NCBI RefSeq assembly: GCF_004010195.1
Contig: NC_057736.1
Coordinates: forward strand, 22,338,831 to 22,402,830
DNA length: 64,000 bases
Reading direction: 5' to 3'
DNA from: Chiloscyllium plagiosum
Lineage: Eukaryota
Shown piece by piece: positions 13,497 to 27,800 of the stretch (positions are counted from its first letter, which is position 1; every line of letters begins with the position of its first letter). The position numbers were made by a program, and so were the translations under genes. The notes under the pieces were generated by a model. The model was not told the origin of the DNA and did no database searches. It worked only from the letters and a program-made list of their open reading frames with translations.

Positions 13497-14136
13497 CCTT
13501 GTTCTATGATGAGAGATTGACTCCCTACTTGACAAGATCTGAATCATGAACCTTACAATTAGGCATGCATGGGAATTACAGTATGGGAATACTACAAAGA
13601 ATGAGGAATATGTGACCAATGATCATAGTAGGACTAGCCAGAGAAGCATAGAACACACGGACAGAAATAGTTGAGCACCTTGTGAAACTATGCCCACCTT
13701 TGTATTACACTTCTTCCAGGGTTGATGGAACAGCATGTTTGCTATACCCTGTATGAATTAGTTTCCTGGAAATTATGGAATAAGGACATCACTGGAAGAT
13801 TAACAATAAAACCAGTGACTCCTAACTCACCCTGCCCAGAAAATCCCAATCATTCTAAAAAAATAATCACAATGTTATACGGAGACTATTATCCTCCATT
13901 TTGAGTTCAACTATTGCTAGGTAACATTTTAATCTGTTCTACATAATTATATACCACTCATCCTAACAATGCCCATAAATAACCAAAAACATATCAAAGT
14001 CAAATATGAGCTCCAAATGGAAAAATGGTACAGCGTCAACATGTAAACTCAACAGTAAAAGTTACACTAAATACAGCAAGATGCAAGTTGTGAGAAAATA
14101 CAAAATACGTAGTCAGTGAACCTCAGTGCCACATAT

Positions 14137-14182
14137 TTACTGCCACAGATCCTCGGTACGTCCAAACTTGAAGACCAGACCT
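14137..14182 (-). CDS. TMEM50A: TMEM50A last coding exon (GLVFKFGRTEDLWQ*)
   Basis: Acceptor tttttcacgcag; peptide matches the recalled TMEM50A C-terminus; phase consistent. Confidence 0.95.
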
Positions 14183-14319
14183 CTGCGTGAAAAAGAAATT
14201 TCAATTTAAAAAAAAGTTCTAAATTTCAGTTGCTCTCAATTGCTGTGCACTTTATTTTCTAAAAGGTTTTGGAAATAGCTCTCACATAGAATTTATATTA
14301 CTGTAACATATATGCTTAC

Positions 14320-14380
14320 CCAAAGAAGATAAATGCATTTTGGAAGAAGACAGCTATACCAGGGTAAACATCTGACTTTT
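14320..14380 (-). CDS. TMEM50A: TMEM50A coding exon 5 (KSDVYPGIAVFFQNAFIFFG)
   Basis: 61-nt exon with AG/GT boundaries and the conserved YPGIAVFFQNAFIFF motif. Confidence 0.95.
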
Positions 14381-14689
14381 CTAGAAAGAAAACATTTTTT
14401 TTTAAAAAAAACAAAGTCTGGAAATACTGAAAAGCAAAATAGTGCACATTTATATCACACCAATAATCTTCAATACTCTCTGTTTTGCCCACAAGGCATG
14501 TTGTCTACTCAGTCTCACATATTCATATATTCATTCCTACATATTCAGTTATATTCCAGATTTCAGGTTTAATAGTCCAATAAAAGTAAAGAACTTGCAT
14601 TTACATAGCAATTCTCATATGATTAAAAAGTACTGAATAACTTTACAGCAAAACACTTAAACTGAAGGGGAGATTTTAATACCCTCCCC

Positions 14690-15240
14690 TGTGCTGCGTT
14701 TCTTGCGAATCATTTCAGAGAACATCTCTGGGACACCCGCACCCATCAACCTCACCGCTCCGTGGCTGAACACTTCAACTTCCCCTCCTAATCCGTTAAA
14801 GACATGCAGGTCCTGGGCCTCCTCCACCGCCAAACCGTTACCACCCAACACCTGGAGGAGGAACACCTCATATTCTGCCTTGGGACCCTGCAACCACACA
14901 GGATCAATGTGGATTTCAAGGGCTTCCTCATTTCCCACCCCACATTATCTCAATCCCAAGCCTCCAATTTGGCATAACCCTCCGGACCTGTCCATCCCCC
15001 TCTGACCTATTACCTTCTCCCTCACCTTCATCCACCTATCGCTTTCTGAACTACCTTCCCCCAAACTCCAACCCCTCCCATTTATCTCCAAGCCCCGATC
15101 CACTAGCCTCATTCCTGATGAAGGGCTTATGCCCGAAATGTCAATTCTCCTACTCCTCGGATACTGCTTGACCTGCTGTGCTTTTCCAGCACCACACTCT
15201 CGATTCTGATCTCCAGCATCTGCAGTCCTCACTTTCGCCT
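14690..15240 (+). mobile_element. Penelope-like element 3' part with decayed hammerhead motif (15111-15146)
   Basis: GIY-YIG C-terminal remnant (FREHLWD..PVAEHF..LEEEHLIFCLGTLQP); CTGATGA-A-GGGC-ttat-GCCC-GAAA-TGTC. Confidence 0.8.
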
Positions 15241-15864
15241 TGTCTATATCCTTTGTCAGACTGTTATCCACATCATTTGGCTACCCACTATTTTTATGTC
15301 ATCTGCAAACTTAGTTATAGTACATTCAATTCCACATTAATATATATTGTGAATAATTGTAGCACCAATACTGGTATCTGAGGGGCACCATTAATCACAG
15401 ATTACCCGAAAATATCACCTTTATCCCAATGTGCTATCTTTGATTAGTTTATCAAGTCCTCTATATATGCTAACATATTGCCTCTGAAACCAAGAGTTTT
15501 TATCTTATTAAGTAGCCTGTGTGGAACCTTATTAAATGCCTTCTGAAAATCCAAATAGGTTACATCCATTGCTTCCCCTTTATCTAACCTACTTCAGTAA
15601 ATTTGATATTGAATATTCAGGGAATATCGAAAACAATGGAAATTCCATTTTAAAATCTCAACCATTGTTAAATAGCAACCTACATGAAAGCCTGAAATTT
15701 ACTAAGCACTATTCACAATGATTACATTACTATCAACCTTTTTGCGCTGTTACTTTCTCTTTAGACTTTGAGACACTAACAAAGAAGTGACCTAACAACA
15801 GAAATAAATTATACTTAATCACTGGAGTTTCACAAAAGCAGGTTAGAGGAATTACTTGCATTCA

Positions 15865-16032
<168 letters not shown>

Positions 16033-16702
16033 TCAAAATATACATTTGCAACTGCAGGACACACGCTCGGGAGTCTTTCCAAAAGTGTGCTACAAATTCA
16101 TGTGCATTAGAAAGAAGATTCTCTATTAAGTAACAAGTTGGAACCAATGTGAATTAGAAAAATATTGATAAGATAATCTATTGCAACCATGTTATATTAC
16201 AATAGCAGTACATTTTTGCTATGATTAAAATGACAGCCAGATTATTTTTAATAATAAGTCATAGATGCAATAAATTTCCTAAGCTGATTAGCAGAATTGT
16301 TTTCCTATTGCTAATCTACTGCATAAATAAATACACAAAAGACATCTGGCTGGCCATGAGGTGAGCAGGAGCACAAATCAGATCCTTCAATGGGCAATAC
16401 AAATCAACAGCAGAAATTCTGATGAAAGATGGACAAGAACATCCTGACCCTCATGGGTTACATTTGTGGGCAAAGAAAAATTGGTGTAACAATTCACCAA
16501 TGTACTAACTTTATATATTTATTTTCTACATTTTTCTGTTTCTAAATCGATTCTGTTAAAGCAGCCATCAAACTAAGAGGATTCAGGCTCAACTTGATTA
16601 CAGAGAATCCACAATACGAAAATCAAAACAAAGTAACAAAAAAATCAGGAACAGAATCTTTCTGGGAACAACCTTAGAGATAGCACAAATCACACCATAT
16701 TA

Positions 16703-17106
<404 letters not shown>

Positions 17107-17291
17107 TTACAGTGCATTAATTAGAATTATGCATTCAATTTCCAGGACAAAGCAACTCCTTTCAATAGAAATAATCAAGAGTTAGATCCATTGCAAAATG
17201 TAGATGCTTATCAAAAAGAACAAACTTGGACATGCAACTAGCCCGGAAGGGCTATCAGAAATGAATGAGAGTATTTTTGAAGTAGCCAATA

Positions 17292-18060
17292 CAGTGAAAA
17301 CTTGAGTATCCGAACAAGATGGGCAGACACTATTTCATTTGGATAATTGATTATTCAGAAAATCGATTAAATGCTCGGAGTTTTAAAGTCTGCTCCCCAT
17401 TCAGGAGACTGCAGCAGCAGATATTGTGCAACACCCCGCCCCCCCCACTCCCGTCCAGCACTGCCCCCCAATCCGGTCCAACCCCACCCCCGTCCCCAAC
17501 ACAAAGCACACGAGCTCCCCCTCCCCCCACTACAGGGTAGCCGGACTGTACACCAAGACTGCTGCTGCCTGTGTGGGGTAAGTCTGAAATAGTACACACA
17601 CAACTTTTTGACAGGTTCCACGTTTGCCCTGTACAGGACGATGGTGGAGAGATTATACCTGGGAAGCAGGGGTGGGGGGTTAGGGTACACCCNNNNNNNN
17701 NNNNNNNNNNNNNNNNNNNNNNNNNNNNNNNNNNNNNNNNNNNNNNNNNNNNNNNNNNNNNNNNNNNNNNNNNNNNNNNNNNNNNNNNNNNNNNNNNNNN
17801 NNNNNNNNNNNNNNNNNNNNNNNNNNNNNNNNNNNNNNNNNNNNNNNNGTTTACTTCCCTGGAGTGAGAGAGGGAGGAGAGGGAGGAGAGGGAGGAGAGG
17901 GAGGAGAGGGGAGTCAGTCATTTGGAGACGGTGCTGGTTTAATCACTGCAAACAAAAGACGCGATCACTGTTGGAAACACGTCCTTGATGTAAATGTTTC
18001 TATCAGGACCTCGAGATCTCTTTCGGATAACTGGTAATTCGGATAATCGAAGTTCCTCTG
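17292..18060. mobile_element. Non-autonomous Tc1/mariner (pogo/Tigger-like) DNA transposon spanning an assembly gap
   Basis: Imperfect TIRs CAGTGAAAACTTGAGTATCCGAA / TTCGGATAATCGAAGTTCCTCTG flanked by TA on both sides; N-run and (GGAGAGGGA)n inside. Confidence 0.6.
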
Positions 18061-18427
18061 TATTTATTACCATGTTCAATTTTCCTCAGGGTTTGTATCT
18101 TTTCAAATATTAAGCAATCTAATGCTTAGCAAATAGACAATAATTGTGCTCAAACAAAAATTAATTCTTAAACATCCTGCTCTATTGTATCCCAACCATT
18201 ATTTATGTAATAGAGAACTCAAAAATTTAAAAAGTTCTAGTATCCTTTTTGAAATCTGTCACACCCTATTAAAGGGGTTACATTTCCTCAGCTCTTCACA
18301 GAGTATCATAATTGACCACATTAAATTAAATATCTTTGGTTGTTGGAACAAACTCTGTTTTAAATATCCAAATAGAATAAGTTCAACTTGATTTTAGACT
18401 TTGCCTCTTCCTTTTTCAGTTTGGTAT

Positions 18428-18591
18428 GCCCATAGTGTTCAGGGATGTGTAGGTTACATGCATCAGTAAGGGCTAAATATAGGATAATAGGGTAGGGGAA
18501 CGGGTCCAGATGGGTTACTCTCCAGAGGGTTGGTGTGGACTTGCTGGGCCAAAAGGCCTGTTTCCACATTGTAGGGAATCTATTCTATTCT
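18428..18591 (+). mobile_element. 5'-truncated HE1-like SINE
   Basis: 3' half: gggttggtgtggacttgctgggccaaaaggcctgtttccaca plus (TATTC)n tail. Confidence 0.75.
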
Positions 18592-18904
18592 ATATACATA
18601 TTAATCTTAATATTTTGTCAAATCCACAAGACGGTTAGAAAAAAGCAAAGTTCCCTTGCACACACATATAGTTTACTTAATTTATATGTTAAAAGGAATT
18701 ATACAATCATGAAAAGTTAAATTAAAAAAAAGACCTCATCTTAGCACAAGCATTTGAAATACAAAATATACAACAAACATTCTACTATATTCAGTTGGAT
18801 CATGAGAAAGCAGGCCTCTACAAACACTGATAAACACAAGAATTACTAATACCTAACAGACCAATATCCATACATTGAATTAGATAACAAAAGGTTTTAG
18901 ATAT

Positions 18905-19692
18905 TTAGAGGCATAGAAGTGTACAGCATGGAAACAGACCCTTCGGTCCAACCTGTCTATACCGACCAGATATCCCAACCCAATCTAGTCCCACCTGCCC
19001 ATATCCCTCCAAACCCATCCTATGCATATACCCATCCAAATGCCTCTTAAATGTTGCAATTGTACCAGCCTCCACCACATCCTCTGGCAGCTCATTCCAT
19101 ACACGCACCACCCTCTGCGTGAAAAGGTTGCCCCGTATGTCTCTTTTATATCTTTCCCCTCTCAGCCTAAACCTATGCCCTCTAGTTTTGGACTCCCCGA
19201 CCCCAGGGAAAAGACTTTGTCTATTTATCCTATCCATGCCCCTCATAATTTTGTAAACCTCTATAAGATCACCCCTCAGCCTCCGACGCTCCAGAGGAAA
19301 CGGCCCCAGCCTGTTAAGCCTCTCCCTGTAGCTCAGATCCTCCAACCCTGGCAACATCCTTGTAAATCTTTTCTGAACCCTTTCAAGTTTCACAACATCT
19401 TTCTGATAGGAAGGAGACCAGAACTGCAAGCAATATTCCAACAGTGGCCTAACCAATGTCCTGTACAGCCGCAACATGACCTCCCAACTCCTGTACTCAA
19501 TACTCTGACCAATAAAGGAAAGCATACCAAATGCCTTCTTCACTATCCTATCTACCGGTGACTCCACTTTCAAGGAGCTATGAACCTGCACTCCAAGGTC
19601 TCTTTGTTCAGCAACACTCCCTAGGACCTTACCATTAAGTGTATAAGTCCTGCTAAGATTTGCTTTCCCAAAATGCAGCACCTCGCATTTAT
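18905..19692 (-). mobile_element. Young CR1/HER1-like LINE 3' fragment (RT C-terminus still open over 258 codons)
   Basis: Uninterrupted ORF with LHFGK..DLGVQVH..RPLLEY..FWSP..LERRRLRGDLIEVYKIM; 5'-truncated. Confidence 0.92.
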
Positions 19693-19837
19693 ATAGAAAG
19701 GTTTTATTGTAAATCTATAATTGAGCATCAAACACCAGTTTCTATATTTTCTTTCTGAATCCATGTCCTATCTGGAAGCCAACCCACTCGTGGTGAAAAA
19801 CCAAACTCTTCTTTCAAAAATATTTTCTAATCACCTT

Positions 19838-20632
19838 GTTCGGAGTTGTTATTACACACTGTTAGAGCAGGTGGGGCTTGATCTTGAGTCTCCTGACTCA
19901 GAGGTAGGGACGCTACCACTGTGCCACAACACCCATAAATCAAGTTTTAAATTTTCTTTTAAATCAACGAGTTCAGAGATGCTACGACACACCTCTGAAG
20001 CAGGTGGCACACAAACCCAGGCAGGCCTCCTGGCTCAAAGGTAGGAACACATTACTAAAGTGCCACAAGAATAAGCCTAACCCAAGCTTTTATTTACAAT
20101 AATTGATTTGAAACTTCACTACTGCCATGATGGTAATTTGAACTTGTATCTCCAAACATTAGCGGCCATAAACTTCTTTTTAAAAACCGAATTCACGTTT
20201 ATTTCAGTTGGCCACACTTCATCAAACTCACCCGTTTTTTTTCTACCTCCACGTGTTTATGCAACTAATTTAAACCTGCTTGATATATTTCCTAATCAAC
20301 TACTCAGAGATGTTAAGACACACCTTTGAAGCAAGCTGGATTTGAACCCAAGCTTCCTGGATCAGAGGTAGGAACACTACCACTGCACCACAAAAGCCCC
20401 TAACATTTTTAATCCAGCTGTTCACAGATGTTAAAGCACATCTCTGGGATAGATGGGACTTGAACACAGATCTTCTGGCTTAGATATAGAGGTAGAGATG
20501 CTGCCACTGGACCACAAGCTCTTGATATTTTCTAACCAACCTGTTCGGAGCGGTTATTACACACTTCAGGAGTAGTGGACCTGGACCTGCTTGCTCCAAG
20601 GCAGGTACACAATCATTGCATCACAAGAACAC
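19838..20632 (-). repeat. Tandem array of five diverged ~100-bp tRNA-like (Pol III A/B-box) units
   Basis: Units at about 19838, 19971, 20303, 20420 and 20543. Minus strand reads TGGTGCAGTGGTAG..ctacctctga..GGTTCAAATCC..ggtgtgt in the best copy. Confidence 0.7.
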
Positions 20633-21574
20633 TTATCCAAGTTCTTTTTTTCCCCCCTTACTCAGAAGGGTTATCACATACAACTGAGTGACCCTCCCAC
20701 CATCAAAATTACCGTGACTTCTTTTTGCATTTTTAAATAAAGTAATAATCACCACCAGTGAAAGCACCCATGTAGCAACTGAGCACTTTCAAACAAAGCC
20801 CACCATGGGCAATGCAAATCATCATATTTTTTGGGGGTGCGGAAAGTAAGAAGCAGGAAGGCACTAAATCAAAATGGAGTTGGAGGGGGAAATAAAGCAC
20901 TGTATTGCCCATCCTATCCTACCTATCTCTCTCTCTCTAAAAGGCATAGAGAATACTGATGGGCACTGTGTGCTCCCTCTCCCAGGACACCAAGGCACAA
21001 ACTTAACCAGAGAATCCAAGCTCTTAAATATTAAGTCCAATGAGCATAATCTATCCTTAAGTAATTCTGGATCCATTTACAATTTATACTTAAAGCATAT
21101 TGTCAATTTTTTTTCTCTCAGAAGATAGACAATCTGTGGAATTCTTTACTGCAGAAGGCTGTAGAGAATTGATCCTTAAGCATATTCACGGCTAAGATAC
21201 ACAAATTTTTAATCAGAGGGGAGACAAGGGTTAAGGGGATAAGAAATGAAAGTAGAGTTGAAGTAGGGCTGAATGGTTGACTTCTGTTCGTGACTCTTGT
21301 GGTCTTATGATGCGGCACAGCTTATTAGAAATAATAAATGCAAATATAAATAATAACTTTCAATATATAGCACCTTTAATGCAAGTAAATATTCAATTAT
21401 ACTTATCAGGAATTGACTGCACAAAACTGGAGAACAACAAGGACCTAAGGGTGCACCATATCAAACTCAATGAAAATAGCAGAAATGAGAATTACAAGAA
21501 AGATTGGGGTGGCTCTCTGGTGGTAATGGGGAACTGGCATCATCTTCAAGACAGCTAAAGCCCACTTCTACTTA

Positions 21575-21688
<114 letters not shown>

Positions 21689-21989
21689 CTAAAGAAACAA
21701 AATACTTCAAGATTCTATAACTGAATCATATAAATAAAATTTATGACTCGATTTCATCAAATCAAACAGCCATATTTCAGTGTACAAATAAAATACCTTA
21801 TAAACGAAATTAACGGACTAAGACAGGGCAAAAGAAGTGTTCACACAAAGTTCGTTAACACAGAGAAGATTCAATCTCTCCTCTCCTTCAAATTTAGTTG
21901 TACTAAAACCAAGACAGCAGCACCAATGTTTTTTACTTACCTCAGCTTATGGGTTGTGATAAAGTTACTAGATACTTGCTCTTGATCAT

Positions 21990-22260
21990 ATTATAAGCAA
22001 CCTTTGACAGCACTTTCCAAAGCCATAAACTCTCCCAATTTGAAGGCATCAGATCCACCTGCAAGTTCCCCTCCAAGTCATACACCATTCTGATTTGGAA
22101 CAATATTGTATTCCTTTATTGCCACTGGGTCAAAATCTTGGACCATTCTTCCTAACAGTACTGCAGGTACTCTTACATTGCAAGGTGGCAGTCAACACCT
22201 CCTGCTCCAATTAAGGGTAGCCAATAAACATTGACTTCACTCACATCCAGTGAATGAATA
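21990..22260 (+). mobile_element. Old LINE 3' remnant (same family as 4340-4715)
   Basis: Shared motifs acagcactttccaaa..ctgcaagttcccctccaagtca..gggtcaaaatc..caataaa. Confidence 0.55.
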
Positions 22261-22836
22261 AAAAAAAACATACATACAACATTGGGTAAGAATGGGATTT
22301 GGGCTTAACTACAACTATCCTATAGTCAAACATATGCCAAGACTTACTTCTGAATATTAGTTCGAGTAAAGTAGTAACCGCTATCCAGCATCTATGCAAT
22401 TGCCAAATCCAAGGTATTAATGTCTTCAGGATAAAACAAATTATGAAATTTTGAAGAGTGGAGGGAGAGGGGAAGAAAAAATGATTTGTGTTGCACAGAA
22501 ATGAGTAGACTTCAACTAGCAGCTGATCCACTTGACTGGACCAACCCATAAACTGTGTGCACTTTCCTATTACTATACTTACTACTTAAATGCTGAATCA
22601 GTTGCATAGATCAACTATAATAATCAATTCCTGAATCAACATATCAACGCATATTCAAGTGATGAGGATACTACTTAATTGTGGAAGAGAGCAAAATAGT
22701 GCAACAGGTGGTATTATAAGGATTATGGTGAGAACAAGATGCTCTAGAGCTTAGTTACAACATCAACTTATTAGCGCTTCTTCATCAGGGACAAATCTTG
22801 CACCCAATCTAGTCCGAAACATCAAATCTATGATTA

Positions 22837-23121
<285 letters not shown>

Positions 23122-23794
23122 TTAGCCTCATTCCTCCACTCTTTCCCTATATCGTTGATTTTTTCTCTTCATTAATAGCTGTTCCATTCAAATTCCAACC
23201 CCTTATTATGTAAAAACAATTTTCCTTACGTCGCCTCTGGTTCTCTTGACTACTTCCAAATTTGTGCAATCTGTTCATTAACCTTTCCACCACTGGACAC
23301 ACATTCTCTATTTCCACTATCAAAATCCTTACTAATTTTGAATCTTTAAAATCTCTTATCCTTTGTTGTCCAATGTGGAACAATTTACAGTCACATAGAT
23401 CAACTATAATTATCAAATCATGGAGCATTCCAGGTCAAGCTGTTTAGTATACTGCCTAAATCCTTATGATGGTGTGGTGTCCAAAATTAAAGACATTTTA
23501 CCAGCTGGGAATGAACTATTTTAAATAGATTTAGCATAACTTCCTGACTTTTGTGTTTTTGAGAACAGAATCACAAAGCAAGGTTTTGAATTGAGGGATG
23601 ATCACAGCAAATTGGGCCAAATTGCTCATAGGTCAACCTAAAGATAAATGCTGAATAATATTCACTATGATACAAAACCAGTTTACATCCTTGGTGCAAA
23701 CACCTGACTTGGATAGTTACTCAACCATGGTCAACAAATAAGGTGAGAGATATTCCTGTACAAAAACTAGTAAAACCTACACTGTTGAAAGGAT

Positions 23795-24610
23795 TTGATT
23801 CCACTGGAGAAGGTGCAAATGAGATTCATCAGGATGTTGCCTGGGGTGAGAAGTCTCAGTTATAAGGAGAGATTTGATAGACTAGGTTTCTTTTCCTCGG
23901 AGAAGAGGAGGGCGAGAGGAGATCTGATTGAGTTATACAAAATGATAGGAGGCATAGACAGAGTAGATCAAAAGAACCTCTTACACACGGCAGACATGTA
24001 CATGACCAGAGGGCAGAAGTTTAAGATGAGGAGCAAATGGTTTAAGAGAAGATATAAGAATAGGAAGGGTTTAGAGGGAGATGAGGAAAGGCTTTGTCCC
24101 CCAGAAGGTGGTAAGACATATGGAATGTGCTACCTGAGAGGCTGCTGTAGGGAAGTGCTCTCAACGAAACACCAACCCTCTGAAGAGTATCCCACCCAGA
24201 CCTGCACCCTTATCCCATTATTTTACATTTTCCCTGACTAATGCCCCTAACCTACACATCCCTGAACACTATGGGCAACTTAGCAGGCCAACTCACCTAA
24301 CCTGCACACCTTTGGACCGTGGGAGGAAACCAGAGCACCCAGTGGAAACCCACACAGATATGGGAAGAAATGTGCAAACTCCACACAGTCACCCAAGGCT
24401 GGAATCAAACTTGGGTCCCTGGTGCTGTGAGGCAGCAATGCTAACCACTGAGCCACTGTGCCGCCCACTTAAGAAGCATTTGTATGAGTACTTAAAATGC
24501 CAGGGTATAATAGGCCATGAGCCAAGTGCAGGTAAATGGTAATAGTGTCTTTTGATGTTTGTTGATTAGCATAAACACAGTGGGCTGAAGGGCATGTTTC
24601 CATGCTCTAA
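23795..24610 (+). mobile_element. Old CR1 3' fragment interrupted by an HE1-like SINE
   Basis: LEKVQMRFIRMLPG..RGDLIELYKM remnants. Confidence 0.8.
24170..24468 (-). mobile_element. HE1-like V-SINE
   Basis: tRNA-like head GGCGGCACAGTGGCTCAGTGG; V-domain gtgtggagtttgcac..gggtttcc..gggtgctctggtttcctccca. Confidence 0.85.
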
Positions 24611-24994
24611 CTGATGCCCTATTGTTTAAAGGTAGAGCTTTTCCAAAAAAGTGCCTTAATCAGAGTTGAATAAATAGGGGAAAGCACTACTTAACATCAC
24701 ATTATCTCCACAACTTCAACTCAAATACAGTCTCCAGCCACTTAAACTCAGGCAGAAATCACTTGAAATAACTTTAAGGGCCTGGAAAGCAGACAGTTTC
24801 AACGAGGGAAAAAAAAACTTGCATTTGTCTAGCATATTTAACATCAAAATTAAAAGTCCCCATTTTACTTCACAAACAGAAACCAAAATAACTCGGGGAT
24901 ATTACGAGGAATGACAAAAGGCTTAGCCCAAGACTAGGCTCCAAGGAGAGTCTCATGCAGAAACGATTGTAGCCAGGAAAGTTTAAAGTGATTT

Positions 24995-25848
24995 TAGTCA
25001 GATGGGCAATGGGCCAAGGAGCAGTAGATAGAGTTTAATTGCAGATGGAGTTTAATATAGATAAATGCAAGGTGATGCATTTTGGAAAAGTGAATCAGGA
25101 CAGGACTTATACACTTAATGCTAAGGTCCTGGGGAATGTTGCTGAACAAAGAGACCTTAGAATGCAAGTTCATAATTCCTTGAAAGAGGAGTTTCACGTA
25201 AATAGGATAGTGAAGAAAGTGTTTGGTATGCTTGCCTATTAGTCAGTATATTGATTACAGGGTTTGGGAGGTCATGTTGCAGCTGTACAGGACATTGGTT
25301 AGGCCACTTTTGGAATACTACATGCAATTTTAGTGTACATGTTATAGGAAGGATATTGTGAAATTTAAAAGGGTTCAGAAAAGATTAACAAGAATGTTGA
25401 CAGAGTTGGAGGGCTTGAGCTACAGCTGAATAAGCTGGGGCTATTTTCCCTGGAGCATCGCAGGCTGAGGGGTGACCTTCTAAAAGTTTATAAAATCATG
25501 AGGGGCATGCATAAGGTGAATAGCCAAGGTGTTTTCCCCTGGAGTGGGGGAGTCCAAAACTAGAGGGTATGGGTTTAAGGTAAGAGGAGAAAGATTTAAA
25601 AGAGACCTAAGGAGCAACATTTTCATACATAGCATGGTGTATGTATGGAATGAGTTGCCAGAGGAAATGGTGGAGGCTGAGACAACAACATTTAAGAGGC
25701 ATCTGGATGGATATAAGAATAGGAAGGGTTTAGAGGGAGATGGGCCAAATGCTAGCAAATGCAATTAGATTAATTGGGATATCTGGTCGGCATGGAGGAG
25801 TTGGACCGAAGCTTCTGTTTCCGTGCTGTGCAACTCTATGACTCTATA
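24995..25848 (+). mobile_element. CR1/HER1-like LINE 3' fragment
   Basis: QMEFNIDKCKVMHFGK...; ends in a ctatgactcta tail. Confidence 0.9.
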
Positions 25849-26545
25849 ATTCCAAGGTCTGGAGCCCAAATAGTGAAGATACATGTATCAATGGTAGGGT
25901 TCAGACAGTATGCACAAATGGAAGGAATAAAAGGAAGGACTCCAGGGATTGCAAAGGAAGTTGCAGGAATTAAGGAGGTTATACAATGAAGGCATTAAAT
26001 ATGTAAATCAAACTTTTAAGCAAGGACATGGGTGATATGTGCAGAGCTCTAGATGATAATAATTTATTAAAGTATAGAATGAGGTACCAGAATGACGATT
26101 TCTGTAACAGATGAGTTATTGGAGGAGCAGGCAGGTCATAACACAGTAAATATGAGACCATAAGCTCAGCTCACAGACTGAGGACAGGGACAAAGTGCCA
26201 GAATGCAGGGTTTGTGAAAACATAAGATAGAATGATCATGCAATATGCTCAATTCAACATGAGATCAACTAGTTGATCTGATAATATAAATAAGTAGTTT
26301 CAATAATTTAATATAGGCATTGTTCAATAGTTCGATATTACTGTTTGGAATTTCAAAGAATGACAGGTGATCTTTGAGACACACAAGATTCTTAAAAAGC
26401 TTGACAGGATAAATACTGACAGGATGTTTCCCCTCATGAGAGAGTCTCGGATCAGTGTACATCGTCTCAGAATTAAGGGGCACCAATTTAAGACTGAGTT
26501 GAGGAGGAACTTCTTCACAACAGAAGGTTGACAAACTTTGTAACA

Positions 26546-26650
26546 AGATTAGAGTGGTGCTGGAAAATCACAGCAGGTCAGGCAGCACCTGATAAGCAGA
26601 AAAAATTGATGTTTCGGGCAAAAGCCCTTCATCAGGAATGAAGGGCTTTT
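26546..26650 (-). mobile_element. Penelope-like terminal fragment with hammerhead motif (about 26605-26639)
   Basis: Minus strand CTGATGA-A-GGGC-tttt-GCCC-GAAA-CATC; short inverted junction (aaaagcccttcat...atgaagggctttt). Confidence 0.75.
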
Positions 26651-27099
26651 GGAACACTTTGCCACAGACAGCTGTGGACCAGAGTCATCGTGTATATTTG
26701 AGAACATAGCAATAGCCCTTCAGCCCCTTGAGCCTGTCATGCTACCATTTAATGATAGCATGACTGATCTGTGGCCTATCTCCAAATACTTGCCTTTGTA
26801 TAATACATTTGCTTACCTGAAATGTATCTAGCTCAGATTTAAAAGCAACAACTGATCCAGCATCCACTACTGTTTGTGGAAGAGTTCTGAACATCTATCA
26901 CTGCGTATAGAAGTACTTCCTAACATCTCTCCCGAACAGTCTGGCCCTAATTCTCAAACTATCCCCTAAGTCTACAAAGTTCAAAGGCTAGGATAAATAT
27001 TCTTGATGAGTAGGAAATCATGAGTTAAGGAAAGGGCAGGAAAATGAATATGAGAAGCCATGTATTGAATATCAGGCTCAAGGGGTCAAATGGCTTACA

Positions 27100-27800
27100 T
27101 CTTGGAGTGCAAGTTCATAGCTCCTTGAAAGTAGAGTCACAGATATCTAGGACAGTGAAGGTGGCATTTGGTGTGCTTTCCTTTATTGGTCAGAGTACTG
27201 AGTATAGGAGTTGGGAGGTCATATTGAAGCTGTACAGGATGCTGGTTCAGCCACTTTTGGAAAATGCAATTCTAGTCTCCTTTCTATCAGGAGAATGCTG
27301 TGAAACTTGAAAGAGTTCAAAATAGATTTACAAGGATTTGCCTGGGTTGGAGGATTTGAGCTATAGCTGAATAAGCTGGCGCTGTTTTCCCTGGAGCTTT
27401 GGTGGCTGAGGGGTGACCTTATAGAGGTTTATAAAATCATGAGGGGCATGGATAGGGTAAATAGACAAGGTCTTTTCACTGGGGTGGGGGAGTCCAGAAC
27501 TAGAGGGCATAAGTTTAGGATGAAAGGGGAAATGATATAAAAGAGACCCAAGGGGCAACATTTTCACGCAGAGAGTGGTGTGTGAATGGAATGAGGATGC
27601 CAGAGGAAGTGGTGAAAGCTGGTATGATTGCAACTTTTAAAAGGCGCCTGGATGGGTATATGAATAGGAAGGGTTTGAAGGGATATGGGTCAAGTGCTGG
27701 CAAATGGGACTAGATTAGATTGGGATATCTGATCAGCATAGGCAAGTTGGACTGAAGGGTCTGTTTCTGAGCTGTATATTTCTGTGACTTTATGATTCTG
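27100..27800 (+). mobile_element. CR1/HER1-like LINE 3' fragment
   Basis: LGVQVHSSLKVES.., standard 3' UTR. Confidence 0.9.

Noticed and set aside
17367-17988. ORFs spanning X runs
   Set aside because: Artefacts of the N gap and a purine microsatellite.
18905-19681. 258-aa ORF as a host gene
   Set aside because: It is the RT C-terminus of a 5'-truncated CR1 with many near-identical siblings in the window.
19838-20632. CRISPR array or true tRNA gene cluster
   Set aside because: Eukaryotic context; units are long and diverged with no repeat-spacer pattern and no complete cloverleaf.
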